Below, one piece after another: positions 26,549-34,353 of a stretch of DNA of 39,936 nucleotides (position 1 is the first letter of the stretch; each line of letters starts with the position of its first letter). The position numbers were made by a program, and so were the translations under genes. The notes beneath the pieces are model-generated. The model had not been told where the DNA came from. It was given only the letters and a program-made list of their open reading frames with translations, and did no database searches. Source of the DNA: a virus; the IMG/VR virus record IMGVR_UViG_3300045988_116279, positions 1 to 39,936 of that record; one strand, written 5' to 3'.

Positions 26549-26576
26549 ATTTAGTTACCCCCTAAATTAATACTTC

Positions 26577-27374
26577 TTATTTACTTTTTTCGTTTTCTTC
26601 TAGTAATTTTTCAAGATCTTTTTCTTTCAGAAGTTTTTCAATGATTTTTATTTCACCTTTACCAGTTACTCTTGTTGTTCTAAATGTGAATGTTCCTCTT
26701 GCTGTTTTCTTAGTACCTTCTGATACTTCTAAATAACCTCTTTCAACTGCATATTGAGTAGCTTCTGTTGAGTTTTTACATACCCAGCCCCAACTTCTCA
26801 GTCTTTCATATAATCTTCTTTCTCCTATAAGTATCTTGCTATTTGATTTTGAGATTGCTTTAGCAGTTTCTCTAACTAATTTTGTGTTTTGTGATATAGA
26901 TATTTGAGTTATCACTCTGTCTTTTTCTGCAATTTCTTTTTTAGCATCTTCCAGTAATTTGTTTTTATTGTCTATTGTCTTTTGCGCTACTATTAAAGCT
27001 TTAGCCATTATTGTTTCATCATCTTCGTCTTCATCGTGTGGTATGTAGCCACCAGTTTTTCTAATTTGTTTTAATATTTCTTTTACTTTCTTTTTGAATT
27101 GTTTTGCTATTGGTTTTCTACTTTGCATTAATACCTCGTAAAGTCCATCTTCTGTTAAAAATAAGGCAGTATAACTATTAGTTAGAGTGCTTAATTGATG
27201 TCTTGCGACTTCTGCATCGTCTAAATCAGCATCTTTAACCATTTTGCTAGGATTGCTATGTTCTATCCAATTCGCTACATCTTTAGCTAAAAACAATGGA
27301 TTTTCTTCTGTTCCATAAATTTTAAAATCTTGTCCCAAAACTTCTTGATTATAAATTACTTGTAATTCTTCCAT
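26577..27374 (-). CDS. Antirepressor (BRO-N plus KilAC domains)
   Basis: N-terminus FKIYGTEENPLFLAKDVANWIEHSN (Bro-N). The C-terminus is KilAC-like. Confidence 0.8.
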   Translation of the reverse strand: MEELQVIYNQEVLGQDFKIYGTEENPLFLAKDVANWIEHSNPSKMVKDADLDDAEVARHQLSTLTNSYTALFLTEDGLYEVLMQSRKPIAKQFKKKVKEILKQIRKTGGYIPHDEDEDDETIMAKALIVAQKTIDNKNKLLEDAKKEIAEKDRVITQISISQNTKLVRETAKAISKSNSKILIGERRLYERLRSWGWVCKNSTEATQYAVERGYLEVSEGTKKTARGTFTFRTTRVTGKGEIKIIEKLLKEKDLEKLLEENEKSK

Positions 27375-27385
27375 ATTTAATCCTC

Positions 27386-28252
27386 CTAATTATAAAAATC
27401 TGATTTTGTAACTTCGTTAACTGGTAATCCTAACTCTAATTGCTTGTTATGATCTTTTATTAATCCATCTTTTATAAGAAGTAATCTAAAGGTTTCTTTA
27501 CCTCTAGGAGTTATAAGTGTTTGTGTGTCGCTATGTCCCCAAGCAGTTGTAAATTCTTTTAATTCAAAGTACTTCATCTTATTTGCATAAGGTTTAATTT
27601 TTCTTTTTTTATCTCTGTAGCATAAATTCTTTTGAATTAACCACTCTGTAAAAGTTCTTTCTTTTATTCCTAATTCTTTAGCAGTATCTCTTATATTTGT
27701 AAGTAAGTTGTTATCTACTAAAGCATCAAAATACTCTGCCTTTGGAGCCATTTCTCCTATAACTTCGGACTGTTTTTCTATAACTTTTGTTTGTTGTTGA
27801 TTTTCTAATTGCAGTCTTTCATTTTCTTCGACTTGTACTAGTAAATGTTGCAATGCTTCTTTATATGTAGTTGGAACTTTTGGTTGTTGTTCTTTTATGT
27901 ACTGTTCCATTTTATTGAACTTATTAACATATCTTGCTGTAAATAATATTCCTTTTTCACCAGTAAGTTTATTTGCTAACATTTCGCAACCCATTTTAGT
28001 GCATTCGTAGCATTTATTAGATTTACCACTTGCATCTTTATAGCTACTTTCTATAAAATAGTCACTAGGGGTAATGTTACCCTCAGTTAAAGTTGGTATA
28101 ATACCAACAATTTTTCTTTTCTTACTTCCTTCTGGAGGCTCATAACCTTCTATCATTCTTAGTATTTCTTTGTGTTCTCTTTCCATCATTTTTGCTACTT
28201 CTCTTGATGATATAGTTTGTACTAAGTTGTTCATTTCGTTTATGTAATCCAT
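27386..28252 (-). CDS. Rha-family regulatory protein with an antirepressor-like C-terminal domain
   Basis: SSREVAKMMEREHKEILRMI (Phage_pRha pattern). The C-terminus has an HTH-like NIRDTAKELGIKERTFTEWL. Confidence 0.75.
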   Translation of the reverse strand: MDYINEMNNLVQTISSREVAKMMEREHKEILRMIEGYEPPEGSKKRKIVGIIPTLTEGNITPSDYFIESSYKDASGKSNKCYECTKMGCEMLANKLTGEKGILFTARYVNKFNKMEQYIKEQQPKVPTTYKEALQHLLVQVEENERLQLENQQQTKVIEKQSEVIGEMAPKAEYFDALVDNNLLTNIRDTAKELGIKERTFTEWLIQKNLCYRDKKRKIKPYANKMKYFELKEFTTAWGHSDTQTLITPRGKETFRLLLIKDGLIKDHNKQLELGLPVNEVTKSDFYN

Positions 28253-28303
28253 ATTTCAATCTCCTTTCTAGAATAAATTGTGTTTATTTTATTTTTTGTA
28301 GTT

Positions 28304-28501
28304 TTACTTGTGAGAGCTATTAAAAAAAATTTCTTCTATAGAACAATCAAAAATATCGGCTATTTTTTTAGCAATATCAAGTGATGGTTTCATAAGCCCT
28401 AACTCATAACACGAAAAAGCTTGCTGAGTAACTCCTACTTCTTTTGCTATAGAGCTTTGTTTAATGTTTTTTTCTTTTCTTAATTTTTTAAGTTCGTTCA
28501 T
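28304..28501 (-). CDS. Cro-like XRE-family HTH regulator
   Basis: 65 aa with IKQSSIAKEVGVTQQAFSCYELG. It is the first gene of the early leftward operon and is divergent from CI. Confidence 0.75.
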   Translation of the reverse strand: MNELKKLRKEKNIKQSSIAKEVGVTQQAFSCYELGLMKPSLDIAKKIADIFDCSIEEIFFNSSHK

Positions 28502-28550
28502 TTTATCACCTCATCTTTCAATTTATTCTTGTCTATTTTTACTTTTAACT

Positions 28551-28696
28551 ATTTTAAATTGTATTTATATTTATATATTATACAATTTTATCTTGTGTGT
28601 CAATATTTTTTTAAATTTTAAATTGTATTTTCTTTAAAACACTTGATAAATACAAGGATTTCGAGTAAAAATGTAGTATATATAAGTATAAATTGT
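28551..28696. promoter_or_regulatory. Genetic-switch region: operator repeats and divergent promoters
   Basis: The 16-mer ATTTTAAATTGTATTT is perfect at 28551-28566 and 28615-28630. An inverted partial copy (TAAAATTGTAT) lies at 28580-28590, and TAAATTGT at 28689-28696. The minus-strand promoter is TTGACA (28603-28598), N15, TG-TATAAT (28582-28577), and it brackets the inverted copy. Confidence 0.55.
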
Positions 28697-28777
28697 TTAC
28701 AACATATTTTCAAAAAACAATCAATATAATAAGAGTTAAAAAGGGAAACAGTAAAGGATAACCAGGAGGAATAAACC

Positions 28778-29107
28778 ATGAATGAAATGTTACCAAAGAG
28801 ACTAAGAGAGTTAAGGAAGGAAAATAAATATACTCAAGAAGAAATGGCTAAAAAATTAGGAATAACTACCAGCGCTTATGGTTTTTACGAGCAAGGCAAA
28901 ACTGTTCCAGATGCATCAAAAGTACTGGAGTTAGCTAGAATGTTCGATGTAACTACAGATTACTTATTAGGAGCTGTAGACAATAAAAAACCTTTAGAAG
29001 ATATCTCAGATAAGCAAAAAGAAGCTATTAAACTGGCTGAACAATTAACAGATGAACAGTTGAATTTAATTATGAATATGGTATTTGGATTAAAAGAAAA
29101 AGACTAG
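28778..29107 (+). CDS. CI-like repressor (XRE HTH only; appears too short for an S24 peptidase domain)
   Basis: 109 aa with YTQEEMAKKLGITTSAYGFYEQG. It is divergent from cro. At 109 aa there seems to be no room for a LexA-like cleavage domain. Confidence 0.8.
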   Translation: MNEMLPKRLRELRKENKYTQEEMAKKLGITTSAYGFYEQGKTVPDASKVLELARMFDVTTDYLLGAVDNKKPLEDISDKQKEAIKLAEQLTDEQLNLIMNMVFGLKEKD

Positions 29108-29132
29108 GCTTATGCCTAGTCTTTGATTTTTA
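29101..29132. terminator. Bidirectional rho-independent terminator
   Basis: AGACTAGGC-ttat-GCCTAGTCT (perfect 9 bp) followed by TTGATTTTTAT. An A-rich run upstream gives a U-tract in the other direction. Confidence 0.7.
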
Positions 29133-29137
29133 TATTG

Positions 29138-29239
29138 TTATTTTTTATTTAATTCCTCTTTAGCAAGTTGAATTAACTTTTGTAAGTGCTTTTCATCTAA
29201 TAAATCACTTTTTATAGCTTTGTTTACTTCTTCTTGCAT
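29138..29239 (-). CDS. Small ORF (33 aa) downstream of a LexA box. Candidate SOS-controlled antirepressor or inducer
   Basis: MQEEVNKAIKSDLLDEKHLQKLIQLAKEELNKK. RBS GGGGG lies 6 nt upstream, and the terminator at 29101 follows. Confidence 0.4.
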   Translation of the reverse strand: MQEEVNKAIKSDLLDEKHLQKLIQLAKEELNKK

Positions 29240-29259
29240 ATTATTCCCCCTTATTTTAT

Positions 29260-29273
29260 AGAACGTGTGTTCT
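29260..29273. promoter_or_regulatory. Candidate LexA (Cheo / SOS) box
   Basis: AGAAC-GTGT-GTTCT is a perfect GAAC-N4-GTTC palindrome and fits CGAACRNRYGTTYC. It lies 13 nt downstream of a minus-strand TATAAT (29292-29287) and about 20 nt upstream of the 33-aa ORF. Confidence 0.55.
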
Positions 29274-29419
29274 ATTTCTTATATACATTATATACTATTT
29301 TTCAGATATATAGTATATGTAAATTACAAAATATTTTGTATAGTCTTATTATACTATCTAATACGACCTTTTTGGAATATTTTAGTAAAATTTCCACATA
29401 TGTAGACGGAAATTTCTGC

Positions 29420-29617
29420 TTACTTCCAATAGGAACTAAATAAGTCTGTTATTTTACAATCTAAAGCCTTAGCTATATCTTCTAGCTGGAATATGTTCAC
29501 CTTCCTTTTTTCAGTTTCATAGTTATTAAGCGCAGCTTTGCTAATATTAGTTTTTCTTGCTAATTTTTCTAATGAATATCTCTTTTTTATTCTTTGCTGG
29601 TAAATTAATATCTTCAT
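29420..29617 (-). CDS. Second small XRE-family HTH regulator
   Basis: 65 aa with YSLEKLARKTNISKAALNNYETE. It is divergent from the DUF4429/SHOCT-integrase unit. Confidence 0.75.
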   Translation of the reverse strand: MKILIYQQRIKKRYSLEKLARKTNISKAALNNYETEKRKVNIFQLEDIAKALDCKITDLFSSYWK

Positions 29618-29627
29618 ACTATCATTT

Positions 29628-29689
29628 TTGTAGCATAATATCTATTTTATACTAGAAAATAGTGTAAATTAAATTGGTATATGCTACAA
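29628..29689. promoter_or_regulatory. Nested inverted repeats in a divergent promoter region (candidate operators)
   Basis: TTGTAGCATA (29628-29637) pairs with TATGCTACAA (29680-29689). The inner repeat CTATTTT-N7-AAAATAG lies at 29642-29662. Confidence 0.45.
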
Positions 29690-29725
29690 TTTAAGAAAAA
29701 ATGAAAACTAAAGAGGGGGATAATT

Positions 29726-30241
29726 ATGGGATTATTTAAATCTAAAAAAGATAAATCTAATGAAAGACAAGTTATAACTTCTAAAAAAGTTTACAATTTA
29801 AAATCAAACGGTAAATATGAAATTATCTTAGAAGGGAAATTTATTTCTATTACTGCTAAAGGAATTATGAATTCAATAAATAAAGGATTTACAGGTACAA
29901 AGAAAATCTGTTTAGATAATGTAACAGGAGTACAATATAAAAAACCTGGTTTAACTACTGGATATCTACAAATAATATTAATGGGTAGCCAAGAGGCTAA
30001 AGGTGGAGTTTTTAATGCGGTACAAGATGAAAATACTATTTCTTTCGCTAAAAAAGATAATGAACAAATATTAGAAATTAAAGGATATATAGAGAACTAT
30101 ATAGAAAATAAAAATAACTATAGAAGTCAAAATACATCAAGTGATGCAGATGAATTAATGAAATTCAAAAAACTTCTAGATATGGGTGCTATAACTGAAG
30201 AAGAATATGAAAATAAAAAAGAACAAATATTAAAATTATAG
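29726..30241 (+). CDS. DUF4429 (bacterial PH-like) plus SHOCT domain protein
   Basis: The core reads ...KKICLDNVTGVQYKKPGLTTGYLQIILMG.... The C-terminus ELMKFKKLLDMGAITEEEYENKKEQIL is a SHOCT motif. Confidence 0.7.
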   Translation: MGLFKSKKDKSNERQVITSKKVYNLKSNGKYEIILEGKFISITAKGIMNSINKGFTGTKKICLDNVTGVQYKKPGLTTGYLQIILMGSQEAKGGVFNAVQDENTISFAKKDNEQILEIKGYIENYIENKNNYRSQNTSSDADELMKFKKLLDMGAITEEEYENKKEQILKL

Positions 30242-30293
30242 ATAAACATCAGGGCAGTTTTACCAGCTGCTCTTTTTTTAAGGAGGAAATAAG

Positions 30294-31820
30294 ATGTATG
30301 CAATGTATTTGAGAAAATCAAGGGCTGATGATAAGGATATTCCACTGGAAAAGGTCCTAAAAAACCATTACAATATGCTAACGGAATTAGCTGACAAGTT
30401 AAAAATACAGATAGAAGAAGAAAATGTATTTCGAGAAATAGAGACTGGAGATAGTATTTCTATCCGTCCAAAGATGCAAGACCTACTAGAAAAAGTGTCC
30501 GAGGGATTATATGAAGGTGTTTTTTGTACAGAATTATCAAGGTTATGTAGAGGTAGTAAGATAGATCAGGAAATTGTATCTAGTACCTTTACTGCAGCAG
30601 AATGTAAAATAATTACACCAAGTAAGACTTATGACCTTGCAAATAATGAGTTCGATGAAGAAATGGTCGATTTTGGATTATTCATGTCTAGGAGAGAATA
30701 TAAAACTATTACCAAGCGTATGCAAAGAGGTCGTGAACAGTCTGTAAAGCAAGGCAAATATATTGGCAGTATATTGCCCTACGGCTATAATAAGGAGAAA
30801 TTAGAAGGAGAAAATGGCTTTAGGTTAGTTATTAATGAAGAAGAAGCACATATAGTAAAATTAATATTTAAGTGGTTTTTAGAGGACAATGCTGGAGCTA
30901 GTATAATAGCGAAAAGGCTTAATCAAGGCGGTTATCCTACTAGAAGTGGTCGTGTATGGAGTTACAGCTCAGTAAAAAATATATTAACAAGCAATGTAGT
31001 AGCTGGATATCTTAAACATGGAGAAAGAAAATATAAGAAATATATAGATACAAAAGGTAATGTAAAAAAATCTAGACCAGTAAATGCTGCTGTTGAATAT
31101 TATAAAGGATTGCATGAGGCTATTATACCTTTAAGTGACTTTGAGAAAGTGCAAGATATATTAAATTCTAGAAAGCAGCATAAGTCTAACTTTGATTTGC
31201 CACTTAGCAATCCACTTGCTGGACTAATAAAATGTAGTGAATGTGGAAGGGTACTGATAAAAAGGCCATGCCCACAGGGTAACTTTTTATATTGCCCTAC
31301 TACTGGATGTAAAAACATGGGCTCTTATCTAAATAGAGTTGAAGAACATATTTTACAGGCATTATCAAATACATTATCTGATTATGAATATTATGTAGAT
31401 AATTATGAGCAAGAAACAATAAAAGAAAAAAGAAATGTAGACAATGATCTAAAAAGAATTGAAAAAGAAATTGAAAAACTAAATAAGCAATTTGAAAAAT
31501 GCTGTACATTCTTAGAACAAGATGTATATACTATAGAAATATTCAAGGATAGGACCAGTAAAATAAAAGATAAGATTCGAATACTAGAAGAAAATAAAAA
31601 AGTATTAGAAAAAGAATTTGACGACGATAAAGTTATAAAAATAAAGAAACTACTACCTAAATTAGAAAATGTATTAAAAAATTATAATACTCTTAGTATA
31701 GAAGGAAAAAACGAATTGCTAAAAAGCATTATAAAAGAGGCTATATATTCTAAAAAGAAAAAGTGTAAAAAAGGTAGTCGTGAGGATTATTTTGAATTAG
31801 AAATAACACTAAATATATAA
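30294..31820 (+). CDS. int: Large serine recombinase (integrase)
   Basis: The N-terminal resolvase domain has the catalytic-Ser context AMYLRKSRAD. It also has a recombinase domain, a zinc ribbon (CSECGRVLIKRPC...LYCPTTGC) and a C-terminal coiled coil. Confidence 0.9.
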   Translation: MYAMYLRKSRADDKDIPLEKVLKNHYNMLTELADKLKIQIEEENVFREIETGDSISIRPKMQDLLEKVSEGLYEGVFCTELSRLCRGSKIDQEIVSSTFTAAECKIITPSKTYDLANNEFDEEMVDFGLFMSRREYKTITKRMQRGREQSVKQGKYIGSILPYGYNKEKLEGENGFRLVINEEEAHIVKLIFKWFLEDNAGASIIAKRLNQGGYPTRSGRVWSYSSVKNILTSNVVAGYLKHGERKYKKYIDTKGNVKKSRPVNAAVEYYKGLHEAIIPLSDFEKVQDILNSRKQHKSNFDLPLSNPLAGLIKCSECGRVLIKRPCPQGNFLYCPTTGCKNMGSYLNRVEEHILQALSNTLSDYEYYVDNYEQETIKEKRNVDNDLKRIEKEIEKLNKQFEKCCTFLEQDVYTIEIFKDRTSKIKDKIRILEENKKVLEKEFDDDKVIKIKKLLPKLENVLKNYNTLSIEGKNELLKSIIKEAIYSKKKKCKKGSREDYFELEITLNI

Positions 31821-31823
31821 TTA

Positions 31824-31875
31824 TTATGTATAGCATTGATGTGCATATGAATTAGCTCGTTAATGCTATACATAA
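31824..31875. promoter_or_regulatory. Candidate attP core: 14-bp perfect inverted repeats around a 24-bp centre
   Basis: TTATGTATAGCATT (31824-31837), N24, AATGCTATACATAA (31862-31875), starting 4 nt after the int stop. Confidence 0.4.
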
Positions 31876-31924
31876 AATAAGCTAGAGAATATAATTTCCC
31901 TAGCCTTTTTTACGTGTTATTTCC

Positions 31925-32014
31925 TTACATCATTATTAATATAGCACTTGCTACTCCAATTCCTAGATATGCAATGCGCCCTGTTATCTCCAGCATTATT
32001 TTTTTCATAGTCAT
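31925..32014 (-). CDS. Small hydrophobic peptide (27-29 aa)
   Basis: MTMKKIMLEITGRIAYLGIGVASAILIMM, with GGAGG RBS. It stands alone on the minus strand between int and the NDT-like gene. Confidence 0.35.
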   Translation of the reverse strand: MTMKKIMLEITGRIAYLGIGVASAILIMM

Positions 32015-32162
32015 TACCTCCTTCGTTAGGATTATTAGCTGTATCTGGAATATTTAGGGTATGAAACTATAACTGTGGATTAATAAGAAAACGTACTTTG
32101 ACAAGTGAATATAAAATTTATTACTTAAAATAACTTTAACTGTGGCTATATAACTTTGAATG

Positions 32163-32171
32163 TGGTATAAT
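32163..32171 (+). promoter_or_regulatory. Extended -10 promoter element (TGgTATAAT) for the NDT-like gene
   Basis: A perfect TGnTATAAT lies 28 nt upstream of ATG 32200. RBS AAAGGAG is at 32186-32192. Confidence 0.5.
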
Positions 32172-32199
32172 GAGGTATATTTATAAAAGGAGTGATTAT

Positions 32200-32997
32200 A
32201 TGGTGCAAAAATCAAAGAGAATGAAAAAAGTATTTTTAGGTGGAACTTGTAACAATAGTAAATGGAGATATAAACTGATTCCAATGCTCGATATAGATTA
32301 TTTTAATCCAGTAGTAGATGATTGGACTGAAGAATGTTATCAAGAAGAATTAAAACAAAGAGAAATATGCGATTATTGTCTATATGTTATAACTCCTAGA
32401 ATGACAGGAGTATATAGTATAGCTGAAGCTATAGATGATAGCAATAAAAGACCTAATAAAACTTTATTCTGCGTGTTAAAATCAGATATAGATTATATAC
32501 CTGATATTAGATGGAACGAAGAATCGAATAAATTTTTTATAGGACATGATGAAACAGAAAAACAATTTGATGAAGGACAAATGAAATCTTTAGATAAAGT
32601 TGGTCAAATGGTAAAAATGAATGGGGGTAAATATTTTAAATCACTAGAAGAAGTTGCAAGTTACTTAAATAAAGTTGGAATAGAAAAAATAAGAGGAGTT
32701 GAAGAAATTCCTAATTGGATTAAAAGAGGACATGAGACACTTCCTAAAGATAAATGGGGATATTGGGATGAAATTGTTCCGATAAGAGCTAAAGACCTTT
32801 ACGAAGGAATGGAATTAGATTATACATTAGATATAGAACTGATATTACGAGAAGGTACAAAAGATAGTTTTATTATAGCAAGTAGAGAATTAGATAACCA
32901 AGGTCATTCCGAAATGTCGTATGGTTTAATGAAAGCGATGATAAAAGAATTTTGTACAAATGGGAAAGAATTTGTAAAATATTTAAATAGAAAATAG
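32200..32997 (+). CDS. Nucleoside 2-deoxyribosyltransferase-like (PF15891-type) protein with an uncharacterised ~105-aa C-terminal domain
   Basis: KKVFLGGTCNNSKWRYKLIPMLDIDYFNPVVDDWTEECYQEELKQREICDYCLYVITPRMTGVYSIAEAIDDSNKRP matches the remembered consensus of this family. The start is moved to ATG 32200 because the track start at 32170 lies inside the -10 box. Confidence 0.7.
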   Translation: MVQKSKRMKKVFLGGTCNNSKWRYKLIPMLDIDYFNPVVDDWTEECYQEELKQREICDYCLYVITPRMTGVYSIAEAIDDSNKRPNKTLFCVLKSDIDYIPDIRWNEESNKFFIGHDETEKQFDEGQMKSLDKVGQMVKMNGGKYFKSLEEVASYLNKVGIEKIRGVEEIPNWIKRGHETLPKDKWGYWDEIVPIRAKDLYEGMELDYTLDIELILREGTKDSFIIASRELDNQGHSEMSYGLMKAMIKEFCTNGKEFVKYLNRK

Positions 32998-33021
32998 GTT
33001 ACGAGAAAGAGAATAGACAAT

Positions 33022-34335
33022 ATGAATATACTAAATTTACCAGAATTTGAAGTTTTAGACACAATACAAGATGACCACGATATGACGGTAATAGTAAAAC
33101 CAGTTAAAGAGCCTGTGGCTTGCCCAGAGTGTGGTGGAGTTGAATATTATAAGCATGGCAAATCTAAGCGATTTGTGAGGGATTTAAATAGCTTTGGGAA
33201 ACGTGTAGGGATTGAAATACATACACATAGATATAAATGCAAATACTGTGGTACCACATTTAGTCAACATTACAAAAGCATCGACGATAGAGATAAAATC
33301 ACTATTCGTTTAAGAGAGCAAATAGAAAAAGAATCTCTTAAAAAACCATTTGCTAATATAGCAGAGGAATATAGTGTTTCTCCTACTACAGTAAAGCGAA
33401 TATTTAATGCTTACATAGAAAGGCTAGAAAAGGATATGACTTTCCTTACTCCAGTTATATTAGGGATAGACGAAGCACATCTTAATAAGTCAATGAGAGC
33501 CGTTTACACCGATATAATTGGACGTAAGGTATTGGATATCCAACCAAGCCGTAAGAAATCCGATGTGAAGGCTTTTCTAAGTAAATTACCTAATAAGGAG
33601 AACATAGAAGTAGTAACCATAGATATGTGGCGATACTACAAAGAGGCAATATATGAGGAACTCCCAAAGGCTCAGGTAATCGTTGATAGATTCCATGTAA
33701 TACAATTAGTTAACAATGCTTTAGAAGGTGAGAGAAAGTCATTTAAAGGCTCTTTAGACAAGAAACAAAGGTCTAAGTTGTTAAAAGATAGATTCTTGTT
33801 ACTAAGGAACAAAGAAGATTTAAATGCTAGACAGATTTGGGATATGCAAATTATGTTCATCGATTTTCCACAGTTAAAGTTAGCCTATGAGTTAAAAGAA
33901 CAATTTAGGGATATCTATAAACATGATAATCGAGAAGATGTTTTAAAGGCTTATGAGGACTGGAAGAAAGCAGTTCCAAAGGATATGAAATACTATCAAG
34001 ATGTTATTAAAACAGTTGATAACTGGCAGTATGAGATATTTAACTACTTTACTTGTAGAATCACAAATGCTTATACAGAGAGTTTAAACAACTTGATTAA
34101 GAACATCGAGAAAGCTGGTAGAGGTTACTCTTTCGAGGTGCTTAGAGCAAAGGTATTATTCGGCACATCAGCTACTAGAAAACCTAAATATACAAGAGCA
34201 AATACAAGTAACAAAACATATACATTTACTACGGCATTTAGTTGGAATGATTTCGTAGGAAGTACAAAATTAACAGAAGGTTTTGGAGTAGATATTCCAC
34301 AATTACTAGAGGTATTAGAGAGTGATAAATTTTAA
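33022..34335 (+). CDS. ISL3-family transposase, apparently intact
   Basis: N-terminal zinc finger CPECGG...CKYCGTTF. Candidate DDE residues lie in LGIDEAHL, VTIDMWRYY and ITNAYTESLNNLIKNIEK, the last being the family TNxxxExxNxxIK signature. Confidence 0.9.
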   Translation: MNILNLPEFEVLDTIQDDHDMTVIVKPVKEPVACPECGGVEYYKHGKSKRFVRDLNSFGKRVGIEIHTHRYKCKYCGTTFSQHYKSIDDRDKITIRLREQIEKESLKKPFANIAEEYSVSPTTVKRIFNAYIERLEKDMTFLTPVILGIDEAHLNKSMRAVYTDIIGRKVLDIQPSRKKSDVKAFLSKLPNKENIEVVTIDMWRYYKEAIYEELPKAQVIVDRFHVIQLVNNALEGERKSFKGSLDKKQRSKLLKDRFLLLRNKEDLNARQIWDMQIMFIDFPQLKLAYELKEQFRDIYKHDNREDVLKAYEDWKKAVPKDMKYYQDVIKTVDNWQYEIFNYFTCRITNAYTESLNNLIKNIEKAGRGYSFEVLRAKVLFGTSATRKPKYTRANTSNKTYTFTTAFSWNDFVGSTKLTEGFGVDIPQLLEVLESDKF

Positions 34336-34353
34336 TTCACTCTCTTTTCTTTT
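34318..34353 (+). terminator. Rho-independent terminator of the transposase gene
   Basis: GAGAGTGA-taaattttaat-TCACTCTC followed by TTTTCTTTT. Confidence 0.65.

Noticed and set aside
32170-32172. Track start codon for the NDT-like gene (and, similarly, 35575 for the holin)
   Set aside because: ATG 32170 lies inside the TATAAT box, while ATG 32200 has an AAAGGAG RBS. Holin ATG 35539 has AGGAGG, whereas 35575 has none.
32054-32284. 76-aa minus-strand ORF
   Set aside because: It overlaps the promoter, RBS and 5' end of the NDT-like gene, and its composition looks like AT-rich noise.
32998-33021. Left IR of the IS immediately upstream of the transposase ATG, paired with 34336-34353
   Set aside because: The similarity (GAGAAAGAGAAT versus GAAAAGAGAGT) is just purine-rich low complexity, and the right-hand partner is part of the terminator tail.
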